NCBI GenBank assembly: GCA_965232515.1
Contig: CBDDPY010000002.1
Span: 4,480,001 to 4,544,000, forward strand
Length of the DNA: 64,000 bases
Direction: 5' to 3'
Source: Alphaproteobacteria bacterium
GTDB lineage: Bacteria > Pseudomonadota > Alphaproteobacteria > GCA-2731375
The translations under genes were made by a program, and so were the position numbers. Shown one piece after another: positions 50,982 to 62,012 of the stretch. Positions within the stretch are counted from its first letter, which is position 1, and the number at the start of each line of letters is the position of its first letter. The notes beneath the pieces are model-generated. The model saw nothing but the letters and a program-made list of their open reading frames with translations, was not told the DNA's origin and made no database searches.

Positions 50982-53228
50982 TTAGCTCGTTGATCGGTCG
51001 AGTGTTTGGCGGATTTTTCGCGCCAGTTCCTGCTTGTGATAGGGCTTGCGAAGCAGCTCGGCCGTGCTCGCTTCGCCATCCTCGCCGGTCACAGTCTCCG
51101 CGGCGTAGCCGGAGGTGTGCAGGACGCGCAAATTCGGCTCGTTCGCCTGGGCGCGCCTGGCAAGCTCGACGCCGTTCATGCCGCCCGGCATGATGATGTC
51201 GCTGAACAGAAGATCGACGTGCTTGGTCTGCGCCAGAACGGCAAGGGCATTGGCGCCATTGTCAGCCTCGATCACCCGATAACCCAGCTCCGACAACAGG
51301 GATGTGGCGACCTGCCGGACCGCGGCGTCGTCTTCGACGACAAGAATTGTCTCAGTGCCGCCGATGATCGTGGTGTCGTCGTCCGCCTCAGGCCGCCGTT
51401 GCACGGCCCCAACCTGGTCCCGGTCGGCGCTTGGCAGGTAGAGCTCGATCGTCGTCCCGTGGCCTTCGACGCTGTCGATACGGACCTGGCCGCCGGATTG
51501 CTTGACGAAGCCATAGACCATGCTGAGGCCGAGGCCGCTGCCCTTGCCGACCTCCTTGGTCGTGAAGAACGGCTGCACGACCTTCGCCATGATATCGGCC
51601 GGTATGCCGTGTCCCGTGTCGGCGACCTTAAGCACGACATAGTCTCCAGGGACCATGTCCTCGGCATTCGGCAGATCGCCGCTGCCGATGTGTACGTTAT
51701 CGGTCGAGATCTTCAGCTCACCGCCGTTCGGCATCGCGTCGCGCGCGTTGATCGCCAGGTTGAGGACGGCGGTCTCGAGCTGGCTGGGATCGATCTTGAT
51801 CTTCCAGAGATCCTCGGCGATTTCGAGCGTCATCTCGACGGTCGCGCCGAGCGTGTGGCGCAGCAGGCTGCGCAATCCCTGGAGCAGCTCATTGCTATCG
51901 ATGACCTCGGGCTCGAGGGACTGTTGTCGCGAAAACGCCAGCAATCGCGTTGTCAGTTCGGCCCCCCGCCCGGTCGCGTCCAGGGCGGCCCGCAGGCGCC
52001 GTTGGGCCTTCTCATCGTCGTCGATATTGCGCTCGAGCAGTTGCAGGTTGCCCAGCACGACGGCCAGAAGATTGTTGAAGTCATGCGCCAGGCCGCCGGT
52101 AAGCTGGCCGACCGCTTCCATCTTCATGGCCTGCCGCAGTTTGGCCTCCGTCGATCTGCGCTCGGTCGCATCCGTGCTCATGATCACGACGCCGCGAACC
52201 CGGCCACTGCGGCGCAAAAGCGGCTGATAGGTGATTTCGACATCGCGGGTCTTGCCGTCGGGATAGTCGACGGATGCCTCGAAGCTGTGCGCGCGGCCTT
52301 CACGCATGGCCTGCAGGTGCGGCAGCAGCGCGTCCCGCATGGCCGCTGTCAGGACCTCGGAGAAGTGCTTGCCGATGACCTGCTCGCCGACGCAGTCGTG
52401 CCATTGCTCGAACGTCAGGTTGACGAAGCGGAAGCGCCCGCCGAGATCGACCTGGCCGATCGACACTGGCAGCGAATCCGCGATCACGCGCAACCGTTGT
52501 TGGCTGCGTCGCAGCGCCTTCTCCGCACGCTTCAAGTCGGTGACGTCGGTCAACACCGTCATCGACCTGAGGAAGGCGCCGGTGGCGTCGCGCTCGGACG
52601 TCGACGACAACAGCATGTCGACGACCTCGCCGTCCTTCTTGACGAATTGCAGTTCGACGTCGCGGCAGACGCCGTCCCGCAGGAACGTTGGCAGCACGTC
52701 GATTTCGGTATAGCGGGCGGAGGCCTTGGTCAGAAAGTCGGTGGTTTTCCGACCGATTACCTCGTCGCGCCGGTAGCCCAGATGCTGCAGCCAGTACTCG
52801 CTCACCGCGACGATCTCGCCATTGCCGTCGATCGAGTGCATCATCGCCGGCGTTCGGGCGAACAGGCTGAGCTCCGATGTTTCGTCACATGACGAGGGCT
52901 GTGGGTCCGCCGGCGATCCGCCGAACAGATCCCGCAGCCGGGCGCCGAAGGGCGTCAGGAATACCATGCCTGCCGTGGCGACGGGCATCGCCATCTCGTG
53001 AGCGGGGCCATACCGGCCAAACCACGCCGCGGCGCCCGCGAGCGCGGCCAGTACGGTTCCGGCGACAAGCCGCCTGTCGCGCCGAAACGACCCTCGTTGG
53101 CAGATCGGCCGGAGCGGATATCCGTCGAATCGGTTATCGCCGGCACGGATTGTGTGGCGATGTTCCGAACCGATCGACAGACCCCGTATCAGCCGGCCGG
53201 GCTGATATGTCGATCGGCGCGTATTCAT
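50982..53228 (-). CDS. PAS-PAS hybrid histidine kinase
   Basis: [34 protein letters not shown]-terminal REC; start uncertain. Confidence 0.88.
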   Translation of the reverse strand: MNTRRSTYQPGRLIRGLSIGSEHRHTIRAGDNRFDGYPLRPICQRGSFRRDRRLVAGTVLAALAGAAAWFGRYGPAHEMAMPVATAGMVFLTPFGARLRDLFGGSPADPQPSSCDETSELSLFARTPAMMHSIDGNGEIVAVSEYWLQHLGYRRDEVIGRKTTDFLTKASARYTEIDVLPTFLRDGVCRDVELQFVKKDGEVVDMLLSSTSERDATGAFLRSMTVLTDVTDLKRAEKALRRSQQRLRVIADSLPVSIGQVDLGGRFRFVNLTFEQWHDCVGEQVIGKHFSEVLTAAMRDALLPHLQAMREGRAHSFEASVDYPDGKTRDVEITYQPLLRRSGRVRGVVIMSTDATERRSTEAKLRQAMKMEAVGQLTGGLAHDFNNLLAVVLGNLQLLERNIDDDEKAQRRLRAALDATGRGAELTTRLLAFSRQQSLEPEVIDSNELLQGLRSLLRHTLGATVEMTLEIAEDLWKIKIDPSQLETAVLNLAINARDAMPNGGELKISTDNVHIGSGDLPNAEDMVPGDYVVLKVADTGHGIPADIMAKVVQPFFTTKEVGKGSGLGLSMVYGFVKQSGGQVRIDSVEGHGTTIELYLPSADRDQVGAVQRRPEADDDTTIIGGTETILVVEDDAAVRQVATSLLSELGYRVIEADNGANALAVLAQTKHVDLLFSDIIMPGGMNGVELARRAQANEPNLRVLHTSGYAAETVTGEDGEASTAELLRKPYHKQELARKIRQTLDRSTS

Positions 53229-56113
53229 GACAAGGGTTGATCCAGCACCCGGCGAACCTTTCGAGCCAGTTCCTCTTTCCGATACGGTTTGCTCAGCAAC
53301 GCGTTCGTGCTGCCGATTTTGCCGTCGCGGGTTACCGCCGCCTCGGCATAGCCCGACGTGTGCAGCACGCGCAGGCCCGGATGCCGGTCGCGGGCCTGGA
53401 TGGCCAGCTCGGCGCCATTCATGCCGCCCGGCATGATGATGTCGCTGAACATCAGATCGATGCCCTCGTTTCGCTGCAGCGCCGCCAGCGCGTCGGCGCC
53501 GTTCTCGGCCTCCAGCACGCGATAGCCGAGATCCTCCAGCAGCGAGACCGCCATTTGCCGGACCGCCGGATCGTCCTCAACGACAAGAATGGTCTCGTCG
53601 CCGCCCTTGATCGGCTGTTCGGCCTTGTCTGTCTTTTCCAGATCGACGGTGTCGGTCGTCTCGCGCGGCAGGTAGATCTTGACCGAGGTGCCGTGGCCTT
53701 CTTCGCTGTAGATCCGGATGTGGCCGCCGCTCTGCTTGACGAAGCCATAGACCATGCTGAGGCCGAGGCCGCTGCCCTTGCCGACATCCTTGGTCGTGAA
53801 GAACGGCTGGAACACCTTGGCGACGAGGTCCTTGGGTATGCCGGTGCCGGTGTCGGAAACGGCGACCATGGCGTAGTCGCCGGCTTCGACGTCGCTGAAC
53901 TGGGCGACATAGGTCTCGTCGAGTCGTTCGTTCGCGGTCTCGATGGTCAGCTTGCCCCCTTCGGGCATGGCGTCGCGGGCGTTGATCGCCAGGTTCAGTA
54001 CTGCGGTTTCGACCTGGTTCGGATCGGCCTTCGTCAGCCACAGGTCCTCGGCGCAGACCATGTTCAGCTCCACCGTCTCGCCCAACGTCCGGCGCAGCAG
54101 CGTCTTCATGTCGGTGACCAGGTCGTTGATGTCGATGGTTTTCGGCTCGAGCGTTTGCCGACGCGAGAAGGCCAGCAGGCGCTTCGTCAGCTCGGCGCCC
54201 CGTTCGGTCGCATCCAGCGCGGCCCGCGAACGGCGGACGGCCTTCTCGTCGTCCTTGATGCTGCGTTCCAGCAATTGCAGGTTGCCCAGCACGACGGCCA
54301 GAAGGTTGTTGAAGTCGTGCGCCAGGCCGCCGGTGAGCTGGCCGACCGCCTCCATTTTCTGGGCCTGCTGCAGCTGGGCTTCCGTGGCCTTGCGCTCGGT
54401 GGCGTCGGTCGCCATGACGACAAAGCCATCGACGCTGCCGTCGTCGCGCCGCAGCGCCAGGCAGGTCGTTTCCACTTCGCGGGTCTTGCCGTCGGGATAG
54501 GTCAGCGTCGCCTCGAAACTCAGGTCTTCACCTTCGTTCGCGGCCGCCATATGCGGATTGAGGATATCGCGCATATCTGGCGTCAGCAGCGAATCGAACT
54601 GCTCGCCGTCGATGTTGCGATTACCGCACTGGTACCATTCGCAGAACGTCCGGTTGGCGAAGCGGATGTGCCCGCTCTCGTCGAGGTAGCAGATCAGAAC
54701 CGGCAGGGAATCGGCGATCAGGCGCATCTGGCGTTCGCTCTGCCGCAGCGCGCGCTCGGCGTTGTTCCGCTCGGTGACGTCGATCAGCACCGATCGTGAA
54801 CGGGCGACGGCGCCGTCCTCGTCGCGTTCCGCCGTGGCGGACAGCGATATGTCGATGATGCTGCCGTCCTTCTTGAAGAACTGATAGCCGACATTGCTCA
54901 AAACGCCGGTTTTGAAGAACTCGGGCAGGAACGTTTGTTCTGCGTGCCGCCGCGAGCCTTCCGTCAGGAAATCGCTGAGTTTGCGGCCGATCACCTCGTC
55001 CCGCGCGTAGCCGAGGTATTCCAGCCAGTAGTCGCTGACCGCCACCAGGCGGCCATTCCGGTCGATCGAATGCAGCATGACCGGCGTGTTGTTGTAGAGC
55101 ACGCGATAGCGCTCCTCGCTTTCGCGCAGCCGCCGTTCGGCCTCGATACGTTCGGTAATGAATTCGGTGAACACCACGACGCCGCCCGCGTCGCCGTCGG
55201 CATGGGTCCAGGGCTGCAGTTTCCAGCGCACCCATTCGCTGCTGCCGTCGGGGCGGTGGATCTGATCTTCCTCGCCGTGCAACACCTCGCCGGTCAGGCA
55301 GCGCTCCAGGCGCGGCAGCCACTCAGCCGCTTGCTCGCCGAAGACATCTTCGTAGCTGCGGCCGATGACGTCGTCTTCCGACAGCCCGTAATCGTCGAGC
55401 CAACGCTCGCTCACCATCAGGTATTGCAGCGTCGTGTCCACGATGGCGATCGCGGCCGGGGCATAGTCGATGAACAGCCGCAGCTTGTTCTCGGTGGCGA
55501 TCAGGCGGTTTTCCGTCTCCTGCCGCATCATGACCTCGGACAGGACGTCGCTGGTCGAGTAGCGGATTTCCAACTGCTCGATGACGACGTCGGCAAGGTC
55601 GGTCAGGATTTGCTTTTCATCCTCGCTAAGCGCCTCGCGTGGCTCGGTATCGATGGCGCAGAGCGTGCCGATCCTGTGTCCGGTCGGCGTCTTCAACGGC
55701 GCGCCGGCATAGAACCGGATATGCGGCTCGCCTGTGACCAGCGGGTTGTCGGCGAAGCGTGGGTCCGCCGTCGCGTCCGTTACCACCATGACGTCGTCAT
55801 CCAGGATCGCATGAGCGCAGAACGCGAATTTGCGGTCGGTCTGCGTCGTGTCCAGTCCATGGCGGGCTTTGAACCATTGTCTCAGATCGTCTACGAACGA
55901 AACCAGGGCGATTGGCGCGTTCAGCGTCCGCGCGGCCAATCTGGCGATGCGATCGAAGGTCGGCTCGGACGGCGTATCCAGGATCGCGTAGCGCTGCAGC
56001 GCCGCGAGACGTTGCTCCTCGTCAGGCGGCGGTGCGACAGGTCCGGCCATGTCACGATCGTGCGGCTGGTCCGGGTTCGAGCAAGACGCAGGGTTGTTCA
56101 CCAAACCAGTCAC
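53225..56113 (-). CDS. GAF-PAS-PAS-PAS hybrid histidine kinase
   Basis: RLAALQRYAILDT...IRFYAGAPL GAF, three PAS, HDFNNLL H-box, REC. Confidence 0.92.
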   Translation of the reverse strand: MTGLVNNPASCSNPDQPHDRDMAGPVAPPPDEEQRLAALQRYAILDTPSEPTFDRIARLAARTLNAPIALVSFVDDLRQWFKARHGLDTTQTDRKFAFCAHAILDDDVMVVTDATADPRFADNPLVTGEPHIRFYAGAPLKTPTGHRIGTLCAIDTEPREALSEDEKQILTDLADVVIEQLEIRYSTSDVLSEVMMRQETENRLIATENKLRLFIDYAPAAIAIVDTTLQYLMVSERWLDDYGLSEDDVIGRSYEDVFGEQAAEWLPRLERCLTGEVLHGEEDQIHRPDGSSEWVRWKLQPWTHADGDAGGVVVFTEFITERIEAERRLRESEERYRVLYNNTPVMLHSIDRNGRLVAVSDYWLEYLGYARDEVIGRKLSDFLTEGSRRHAEQTFLPEFFKTGVLSNVGYQFFKKDGSIIDISLSATAERDEDGAVARSRSVLIDVTERNNAERALRQSERQMRLIADSLPVLICYLDESGHIRFANRTFCEWYQCGNRNIDGEQFDSLLTPDMRDILNPHMAAANEGEDLSFEATLTYPDGKTREVETTCLALRRDDGSVDGFVVMATDATERKATEAQLQQAQKMEAVGQLTGGLAHDFNNLLAVVLGNLQLLERSIKDDEKAVRRSRAALDATERGAELTKRLLAFSRRQTLEPKTIDINDLVTDMKTLLRRTLGETVELNMVCAEDLWLTKADPNQVETAVLNLAINARDAMPEGGKLTIETANERLDETYVAQFSDVEAGDYAMVAVSDTGTGIPKDLVAKVFQPFFTTKDVGKGSGLGLSMVYGFVKQSGGHIRIYSEEGHGTSVKIYLPRETTDTVDLEKTDKAEQPIKGGDETILVVEDDPAVRQMAVSLLEDLGYRVLEAENGADALAALQRNEGIDLMFSDIIMPGGMNGAELAIQARDRHPGLRVLHTSGYAEAAVTRDGKIGSTNALLSKPYRKEELARKVRRVLDQPLS

Positions 56114-56274
56114 CTAACTGAGCGGATAGTAAGACCCCCGTCTCGGGTCCCGGTTTTAACCAAACCGCGTTAAGAACTTCTTGATCATGCGCGCCGATGG
56201 CGGTCGCTGTCGGGATCGGGATCGGACTGGTATGTTGTCGCCGGAATTGCTTGGAGGCCGCGCGGGAGTGGGAC

Positions 56275-57033
56275 ATGGCACAGCCGGATTTAAGCCTGAT
56301 GGGCATGGACGATGCCGAGTGGCAGATGCGCTGCGACCTGGCCGCGCTTTACCGCATTATCGATCTGCTCGGTTGGACCGACCTGATCTATACCCACATG
56401 TCGGCCCGGATACCGGGCCAGCCCGAGCACTTCCTGATCAATCGCTATGGCGAGCTGTTCGAGGAAGTGACCGCGTCGAGCCTGGTGAAGGTCGATTTCG
56501 ACGGCAACGTCGTCGGCGCCGAGGGGCGCTTCAACCCGGCCGGCTTCAACATCCATAGCGGGGCCTATCTGGCCCGTCCGGATGTCGCCTGCGTGATCCA
56601 CCTGCATACCAAGGCGTCGATTGCGGTGGCGGCGCAAAAGGACGGCTTGCTGCCGATCAGCCAGCATTCGCTGATGGTGCTGGGGGTGCTGGGCTACCAC
56701 GACTATGACGGACCCGGCGTCCTCGAAGAGCGCGAGGCCGTGGGCCGCGACTGCGTCGGTCATGACCTACTGATTCTCCGTAATCACGGCCTGTTGGGCA
56801 TGGGCACGACGCTGCAGATGGCATTCAAGCGGATCTACTATCTGCAGCGGGCTTGCGAGATACAGATCGATGCGCTCGCCGGCGGCCGCGCGCTCGAACT
56901 GATTCCCGACGACGTCCAACAGGCGACGTTCAAACTCTGGCGGGAACGCTTCGCCACCGGCGTCCAGGGCGAGGTCGAGTGGGAGACGATGCTGCGCAAG
57001 CTCGACCGTGACGGGTCCGACTATCGCCGCTAG
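56275..57033 (+). CDS. Class II aldolase/adducin family protein
   Basis: DLIYTHMSAR, NPAGFNIHS, IHLHT, LRNHG. Confidence 0.9.
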   Translation: MAQPDLSLMGMDDAEWQMRCDLAALYRIIDLLGWTDLIYTHMSARIPGQPEHFLINRYGELFEEVTASSLVKVDFDGNVVGAEGRFNPAGFNIHSGAYLARPDVACVIHLHTKASIAVAAQKDGLLPISQHSLMVLGVLGYHDYDGPGVLEEREAVGRDCVGHDLLILRNHGLLGMGTTLQMAFKRIYYLQRACEIQIDALAGGRALELIPDDVQQATFKLWRERFATGVQGEVEWETMLRKLDRDGSDYRR

Positions 57034-58799
57034 CCGGACGGGCGGGTCATGGCCCTGAGCGCATCGATCGGGTTGCTTTGCGGGGGTGTGTCCGCTTCGG
57101 GCGGTGTGGGATCCGTGGGCGCGTCGGCGGCTGGTTCTGCCGCCGCGGCTGCGTCGGGCGCCTGCGCGTCGGGCAACAGGTCGGCGGCCACATAGTGGTT
57201 CTGCCGCCGCTGCTCGCGCCAGCGCTGGACGGTATCGGCGACGAAATCGATGCCTTCCTTGTCGAACTGCCAGCCGACGGAGAAGTCAGCGCTCTCGCTG
57301 CGCGGCTGGTGCGCCGGGTGCAGGTCGGCCAGATGCACGCGCATGGGCAGGCTGACGCCGACGCCCATGACCAGGGCCTCCTGCACGCGCAGTTCCGGCA
57401 GCGCGCTGATCAGGCCGGCCGCCGTCTCGGGCAGCGAGCGGGCGACGAACCGCTGGTCGGCGTCGTTGTTCATGCGCAGCGCGAACAGCGTGCCGCACTG
57501 CGACAGGATGCTGGACGACAGCTCGGACGGCCGCTGCGTCACCAGACACAGCGAGACGCCGTATTTGCGGCCCTCCTTGGCGATGCGGGTGATCGCGCGC
57601 TTGGTCGATTCGAAGCCCACCGACTCGTCCTGCGGGATATAGCGGTGCGCTTCCTCGCAGACCAGCAGGATCGGCTGTGCCCGGTCGCGGTCGGACCATA
57701 GGGCGAAGTCGAAGATCACACGGCAGAACACCGAGACCACGACGTCGACCACCTCGGACGGCACGCCGGAGATGTCGATGATGGTCATCGGCTTGCCTTC
57801 GACCGGCATGCGCAACAGCCGCGACAGGATCGGCGCCAACTCGTCGCGCACGATGCGGCCGGGGAACATGAAGCCGAACCGCTTGTCGTTGTTCAGGCTC
57901 TCCAGCCGCCGCTTCAGCCGCAGATAAGGGATCGAGTTGTCCGGCTTGTCGAGCTTGCCCATGGCGTCGTCGATGGTTTTGATCAGATCGCCCAGGCGAT
58001 AGGGCACGGGCGTGTCGACCGTGATCAGCCCGTTGTCGGCCTGATCGCCGGCATGCAGGCGCTTGGCCTGCAGAATGGCGTCGCGCAGGATCGCGATCTG
58101 CGCCTCGCGCTGCGCCCGGTCACCGCCCTTCACCAGAACCGCGACGGCCTCCTCGAAATCCAGCAGCCAGTGCGGCAGCTGCAGCGAGGCCACATCGATG
58201 ACCTCGGCGATGTCGCCGAACGCCTTGCCGTATTCCGCGTGCGCGTCCAGCAGCACGACATGGCCGTTGGCGTGCGCCGACAGGATCGACCGCAGGATCA
58301 GCGCCAGGGTGCAGGACTTGCCCGAGCCGGTCGTGCCCAGCACGGCGAAATGCTTGCCCAGCAGCGCGTCGATCATCAGGTGGGCTGGGATATTGCGGTC
58401 CTGATAGACCGTGCCGATCGGCACCGTCGAATCGGACGGCCGGGCATAGACCCGCGCGATGTCGGTCGAATCGGCCTTGTCGACATTGCTGCCCAGGGTC
58501 GGATGTACCGAAACGCCGACCTGGAAGCGACCGGCATCGTCGCCGGCGGTCATAACCTCGCCCAGCAGGTCGATCAGGACCGTATCCATGGGCGTCGCGG
58601 CCGCCGCGGCGCCATTGCCGGCTTCCCGCGTCAATCTGTCGACGACGCCGTAGACGATGGATTCCGACGTGCTCATCTTGACGAGATCGCCGATGCGGAG
58701 TTCCGCCGCGGCGCCGTTGGCGCCGGCATCCAGGCTGGCGGTCACGTGGGCGCCCGAAACCGACATGATACGACCGATATGCCCGACTTCACCCGTCAT
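57030..58799 (-). CDS. HerA/DUF87-like P-loop ATPase with N-terminal HAS barrel
   Basis: KHFAVLGTTGSGKS, LVCEEAHRY, IAKEGRKYG, TQRPSE. Confidence 0.88.
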   Translation of the reverse strand: MTGEVGHIGRIMSVSGAHVTASLDAGANGAAAELRIGDLVKMSTSESIVYGVVDRLTREAGNGAAAAATPMDTVLIDLLGEVMTAGDDAGRFQVGVSVHPTLGSNVDKADSTDIARVYARPSDSTVPIGTVYQDRNIPAHLMIDALLGKHFAVLGTTGSGKSCTLALILRSILSAHANGHVVLLDAHAEYGKAFGDIAEVIDVASLQLPHWLLDFEEAVAVLVKGGDRAQREAQIAILRDAILQAKRLHAGDQADNGLITVDTPVPYRLGDLIKTIDDAMGKLDKPDNSIPYLRLKRRLESLNNDKRFGFMFPGRIVRDELAPILSRLLRMPVEGKPMTIIDISGVPSEVVDVVVSVFCRVIFDFALWSDRDRAQPILLVCEEAHRYIPQDESVGFESTKRAITRIAKEGRKYGVSLCLVTQRPSELSSSILSQCGTLFALRMNNDADQRFVARSLPETAAGLISALPELRVQEALVMGVGVSLPMRVHLADLHPAHQPRSESADFSVGWQFDKEGIDFVADTVQRWREQRRQNHYVAADLLPDAQAPDAAAAAEPAADAPTDPTPPEADTPPQSNPIDALRAMTRPSG

Positions 58800-59026
58800 G
58801 GCGGCCACCCCGATTTCCAGTTGGGATCTCTGAAAACCGCCCGATTTCGGCGGTCTGGGGTCAATTTTGGAACAGCATGGTTGATATCGGGTTACGGCTT
58901 TGTCGATGCCCGATACGGACCTTCGGGCGGCAATTCCGGGTATTGGCGGCCCCCCGATCACCTTGATGACCGCCGGGTGCGCTGTTAAGTGAGCAATAGG
59001 CGGAACGATCAGGAGAGGGAGCCCGC

Positions 59027-59995
59027 GTGACCGAGAGGATAGCGGAGCGGACGCGTCGATACCTGCCCGGCACGACGGGCCGGCGGACGGCTGCCGGCAT
59101 CGGCCTGGCGCTGCTGCTGGTGGCGGTCTTCTATTATCCGGTCGGCATGCTGCTGACGCACACGATCGATGACGATCCGGCGTTCCGGCCGTCAGCGGCC
59201 GAGCTTCCGCAAAACGGCAGCCGCGCCGTGGCCATGGCGACGGCGCTGCTCGACCGCGAGATCAATCAGCACCGCTGGGTCGCGAACGATCCTTTTTTCC
59301 TGCCCCCGGCGGCGCTCGACAACATGCCCAATTTTCAGCAGGGCATCGTCTCGGCCTTGGCCCGCTTTGCCTTCGAACTGACCGACCAGATCGGCCGCAC
59401 GCGCGGCTCCAGCCAAACCGATGCCGACCTGCAGGAAGCCGCCGGTCAGTTGCAGTATTCCGGCAAGATCTGGGTTTTCGACCTGTCGACGTCGCTGGCG
59501 CCGACGACGACGTCGGAAGCGCGTTACCGCAAGGCCCGCGAGTCTCTGTTGCGATACAACGAGCGTCTGGCCGCGGGCTCGGCGGTGTTCGAGCGGCGGT
59601 CCGACAACCTGCTGGCGACGCTGGACCGGATCGCGCTCGATCTCGGTTCGTCGTCGGCGTCGATCGACGACCATATCGCCGAGCGTTCCGGCCTGTTCAT
59701 CGACACGCGCGGCGACGATCTGTTCTACAGCGTCAAGGGTCAAACCTATGCCTACTACCTGCTGCTACGCGAACTCGGCGCCGATTACGGCAATGTCATT
59801 TCCGAGCGCGATTTGAGCAGCGCCTACGCCCAGATGCTCGACAACATGCGCGACGCGGCGATGCTGGATCCGTGGGTCGTCGTCAACGGCAAGCCCGACG
59901 GCCAGTTCATGCCTTCGCATCTGGCGGCGCAGGGCTTCTATCTGCTGCGCGCACGAACCCGGTTGCGGGAAATTACGAACATTCTACTCAAGTAA
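59027..59995 (+). CDS. DUF2333 family protein
   Basis: WVANDPFF, LDNMPNFQQG, GRTRGSSQ.D.DL, SHLAAQGFYLLRA. Confidence 0.85.
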   Translation: MTERIAERTRRYLPGTTGRRTAAGIGLALLLVAVFYYPVGMLLTHTIDDDPAFRPSAAELPQNGSRAVAMATALLDREINQHRWVANDPFFLPPAALDNMPNFQQGIVSALARFAFELTDQIGRTRGSSQTDADLQEAAGQLQYSGKIWVFDLSTSLAPTTTSEARYRKARESLLRYNERLAAGSAVFERRSDNLLATLDRIALDLGSSSASIDDHIAERSGLFIDTRGDDLFYSVKGQTYAYYLLLRELGADYGNVISERDLSSAYAQMLDNMRDAAMLDPWVVVNGKPDGQFMPSHLAAQGFYLLRARTRLREITNILLK

Positions 59996-60101
59996 TACGA
60001 TGGCGCGTTGGGGCTGTCTCGTTACGTGATGGGAGGTATTCGCTCGCCTTGCCGTCCGGCCGTGTCGATGGCAGCATAGCGGTCGGAGGGCGTCATCTCG
60101 A

Positions 60102-60590
60102 ATGACCGATACGACGCGTGCAGATAACCTGCGCCGCAACTTTCTGGTGATCGTCGACGACACGCCGGAATGCCGGCTGGCATTGCGCTTTGCCGGCCGG
60201 CGTGCGAAGCGGACCGGCGGTGGCGTGATGCTGTTGAAGGTGATCGAACCGGCCGACTTCCAGCACTGGATGACGGTGGAAAACCTGATGCGCGAGGAAG
60301 CGCGCGAGGAGGCCGAAGAGCTGTTGCAGACTCTGGCCGCCGAAGTCAGTGATCTGACCGGTATCGTGCCGGAATATCGGATCCGCGAGGGCAACCGGGT
60401 CGATGAAATCCTGGCTTTGATCGAGGAGGAAGAGGGCATCCGCCTGCTGGTTCTGGGCGCGTCCACGGATACCGAGGGGCCCGGCCCGCTGGTCAGCCGG
60501 CTGGCCGGTCAGATGGCCGGTTCGATGCGCATTCCCGTCACCATCGTGCCGGGCAACATGACCCCGGCCGAAATCGACGACGTCACCTGA
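60102..60590 (+). CDS. Universal stress protein
   Basis: FLVIVDDTPEC..ALRFA, LVLGA...GPGPLVS, IPVTIVPG. Confidence 0.9.
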   Translation: MTDTTRADNLRRNFLVIVDDTPECRLALRFAGRRAKRTGGGVMLLKVIEPADFQHWMTVENLMREEAREEAEELLQTLAAEVSDLTGIVPEYRIREGNRVDEILALIEEEEGIRLLVLGASTDTEGPGPLVSRLAGQMAGSMRIPVTIVPGNMTPAEIDDVT

Positions 60591-60622
60591 ACCGATACGC
60601 AGAGCAGTCCCGGGCGAAGTCC

Positions 60623-61870
60623 TCAGACCTCGTTGGTGTGTGAAGGCAGGCCGAATATCTCCTGCGGCTCGGATACGCCACGCAAGGCGTGGAAGCCCAG
60701 GCTGACCAGTTCGGTGCCGCACTGCGCCTCGGCGAATGCCGCGGAAGCGAGTAGCGGCCGCTGCATCACCTTGCACAGCGCCTCGACGCGGCTGGCCTCG
60801 TTCACGGCCGGGCCGATCACGGTGAAGTCCAGCCTGTCGCGTGCGCCGACATTGCCGTATTGCACGTTGCCGAGGTGAAGTCCGATGCCGACGCGGATCT
60901 CGGGTTGTCCGGCCTCGAGCCGACGGGCGTTCATTTTCGACAGGCCCTCCAGCCCCTCGATCGCGGCGACAAGCGCCTTGCAACAGGCATCGCGCGGATC
61001 GGATTCGGCATCGAAGATGGCCAGCATGCCATCGCCGATGAACTTCAACACCTCGCCGAAGCGATCTTCAATCGGCTGGGCCATGGTTTCGAAATAATCG
61101 TCGAGCGCGCTGATCACCACGTCGGGTGGATGCCGGTCAGCCAGCCGCGTGAAGCCCCGGATGTCGCTGACGAAGACGGCGGCGCGAATGTCCTCGACCT
61201 GTTTCCGGCGCACCGAGCCGGCCAGCACCCGGCGGGCCGGCTCGCGGCCGAGATAGGTGTTGAGCAGCGTCCGCGTCGCTTCGTAGGAAACCTCCAGCTC
61301 GACCCTGAGCGAGATCAGCGGCAGCAGGTCGTAAAGCAGCGTCAGTTGCGGCGTGGTGAAACCACCCGGCAGATCGGTGGTCCAGGAGATGAAATTGATC
61401 TGCCCGTTGGACATCTGAATCGGCATGATCACGTAATCGGTGCAGCCGATCTCGATCAGCTCGTCGATGATCGGGAAGTCGCGCACGACATTGTCGCCTT
61501 CGAGCTTGCGACGGATCGCGCCGGCCCCGTCGTGGATCAGCTTCACCGGGCTTTTTTCATACATTTCCGAGTTGCGAATGTCGTAGCTCCGGTCGATCTG
61601 CACGACGCCGTCTTCACCCCGTTTCCAGAGCACGGCCTTGGCATAGAGTTCCGGATGCATCGAGCGGATGCCGATCGTCACCCGGTAGACGGCAACATCC
61701 TGCTCGACGAGCCGCAGGCAGAGCTGCTTCAAGAATTCGCCAAGCTCGATGGAGTCTCCGCCATGCTCGACCAGCCAGCTGGCTACCGGATTGGTCGACC
61801 AGCTCGGATGATAGGCCGACAGCTCCGCTGATTCGGTCTCCTCGGTGTGGGTTTCCTGCGATAGCGTCAT
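60623..61870 (-). CDS. Class III adenylate/guanylate cyclase with GAF-like N-terminus
   Basis: SDIRGFT, VLKFIGDG, YGNVG..RLDFTVIGPAVNEASR. Confidence 0.9.
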   Translation of the reverse strand: MTLSQETHTEETESAELSAYHPSWSTNPVASWLVEHGGDSIELGEFLKQLCLRLVEQDVAVYRVTIGIRSMHPELYAKAVLWKRGEDGVVQIDRSYDIRNSEMYEKSPVKLIHDGAGAIRRKLEGDNVVRDFPIIDELIEIGCTDYVIMPIQMSNGQINFISWTTDLPGGFTTPQLTLLYDLLPLISLRVELEVSYEATRTLLNTYLGREPARRVLAGSVRRKQVEDIRAAVFVSDIRGFTRLADRHPPDVVISALDDYFETMAQPIEDRFGEVLKFIGDGMLAIFDAESDPRDACCKALVAAIEGLEGLSKMNARRLEAGQPEIRVGIGLHLGNVQYGNVGARDRLDFTVIGPAVNEASRVEALCKVMQRPLLASAAFAEAQCGTELVSLGFHALRGVSEPQEIFGLPSHTNEV

Positions 61871-62012
61871 GGTTCAGATCCACGCAAAGGCGCCCGTGCG
61901 TGAGCCTCGGCAGTCGTTGCCGGCACGGGGCAAAAGCTTGATATTGTTCGATCAGTCATACACATATAAGCACAATACGACTGCAATAACAGACGCATAG
62001 CGGGGCTGCCCC

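Noticed and set aside
57030-58799. HerA as an anti-phage system
   Set aside because: No effector gene is adjacent and the context is backbone-like.
46505-59026. trpS-DUF2333 interval as a mobile element
   Set aside because: No integrase, transposase, tRNA or flanking direct repeats were seen, and coding GC is near host level.
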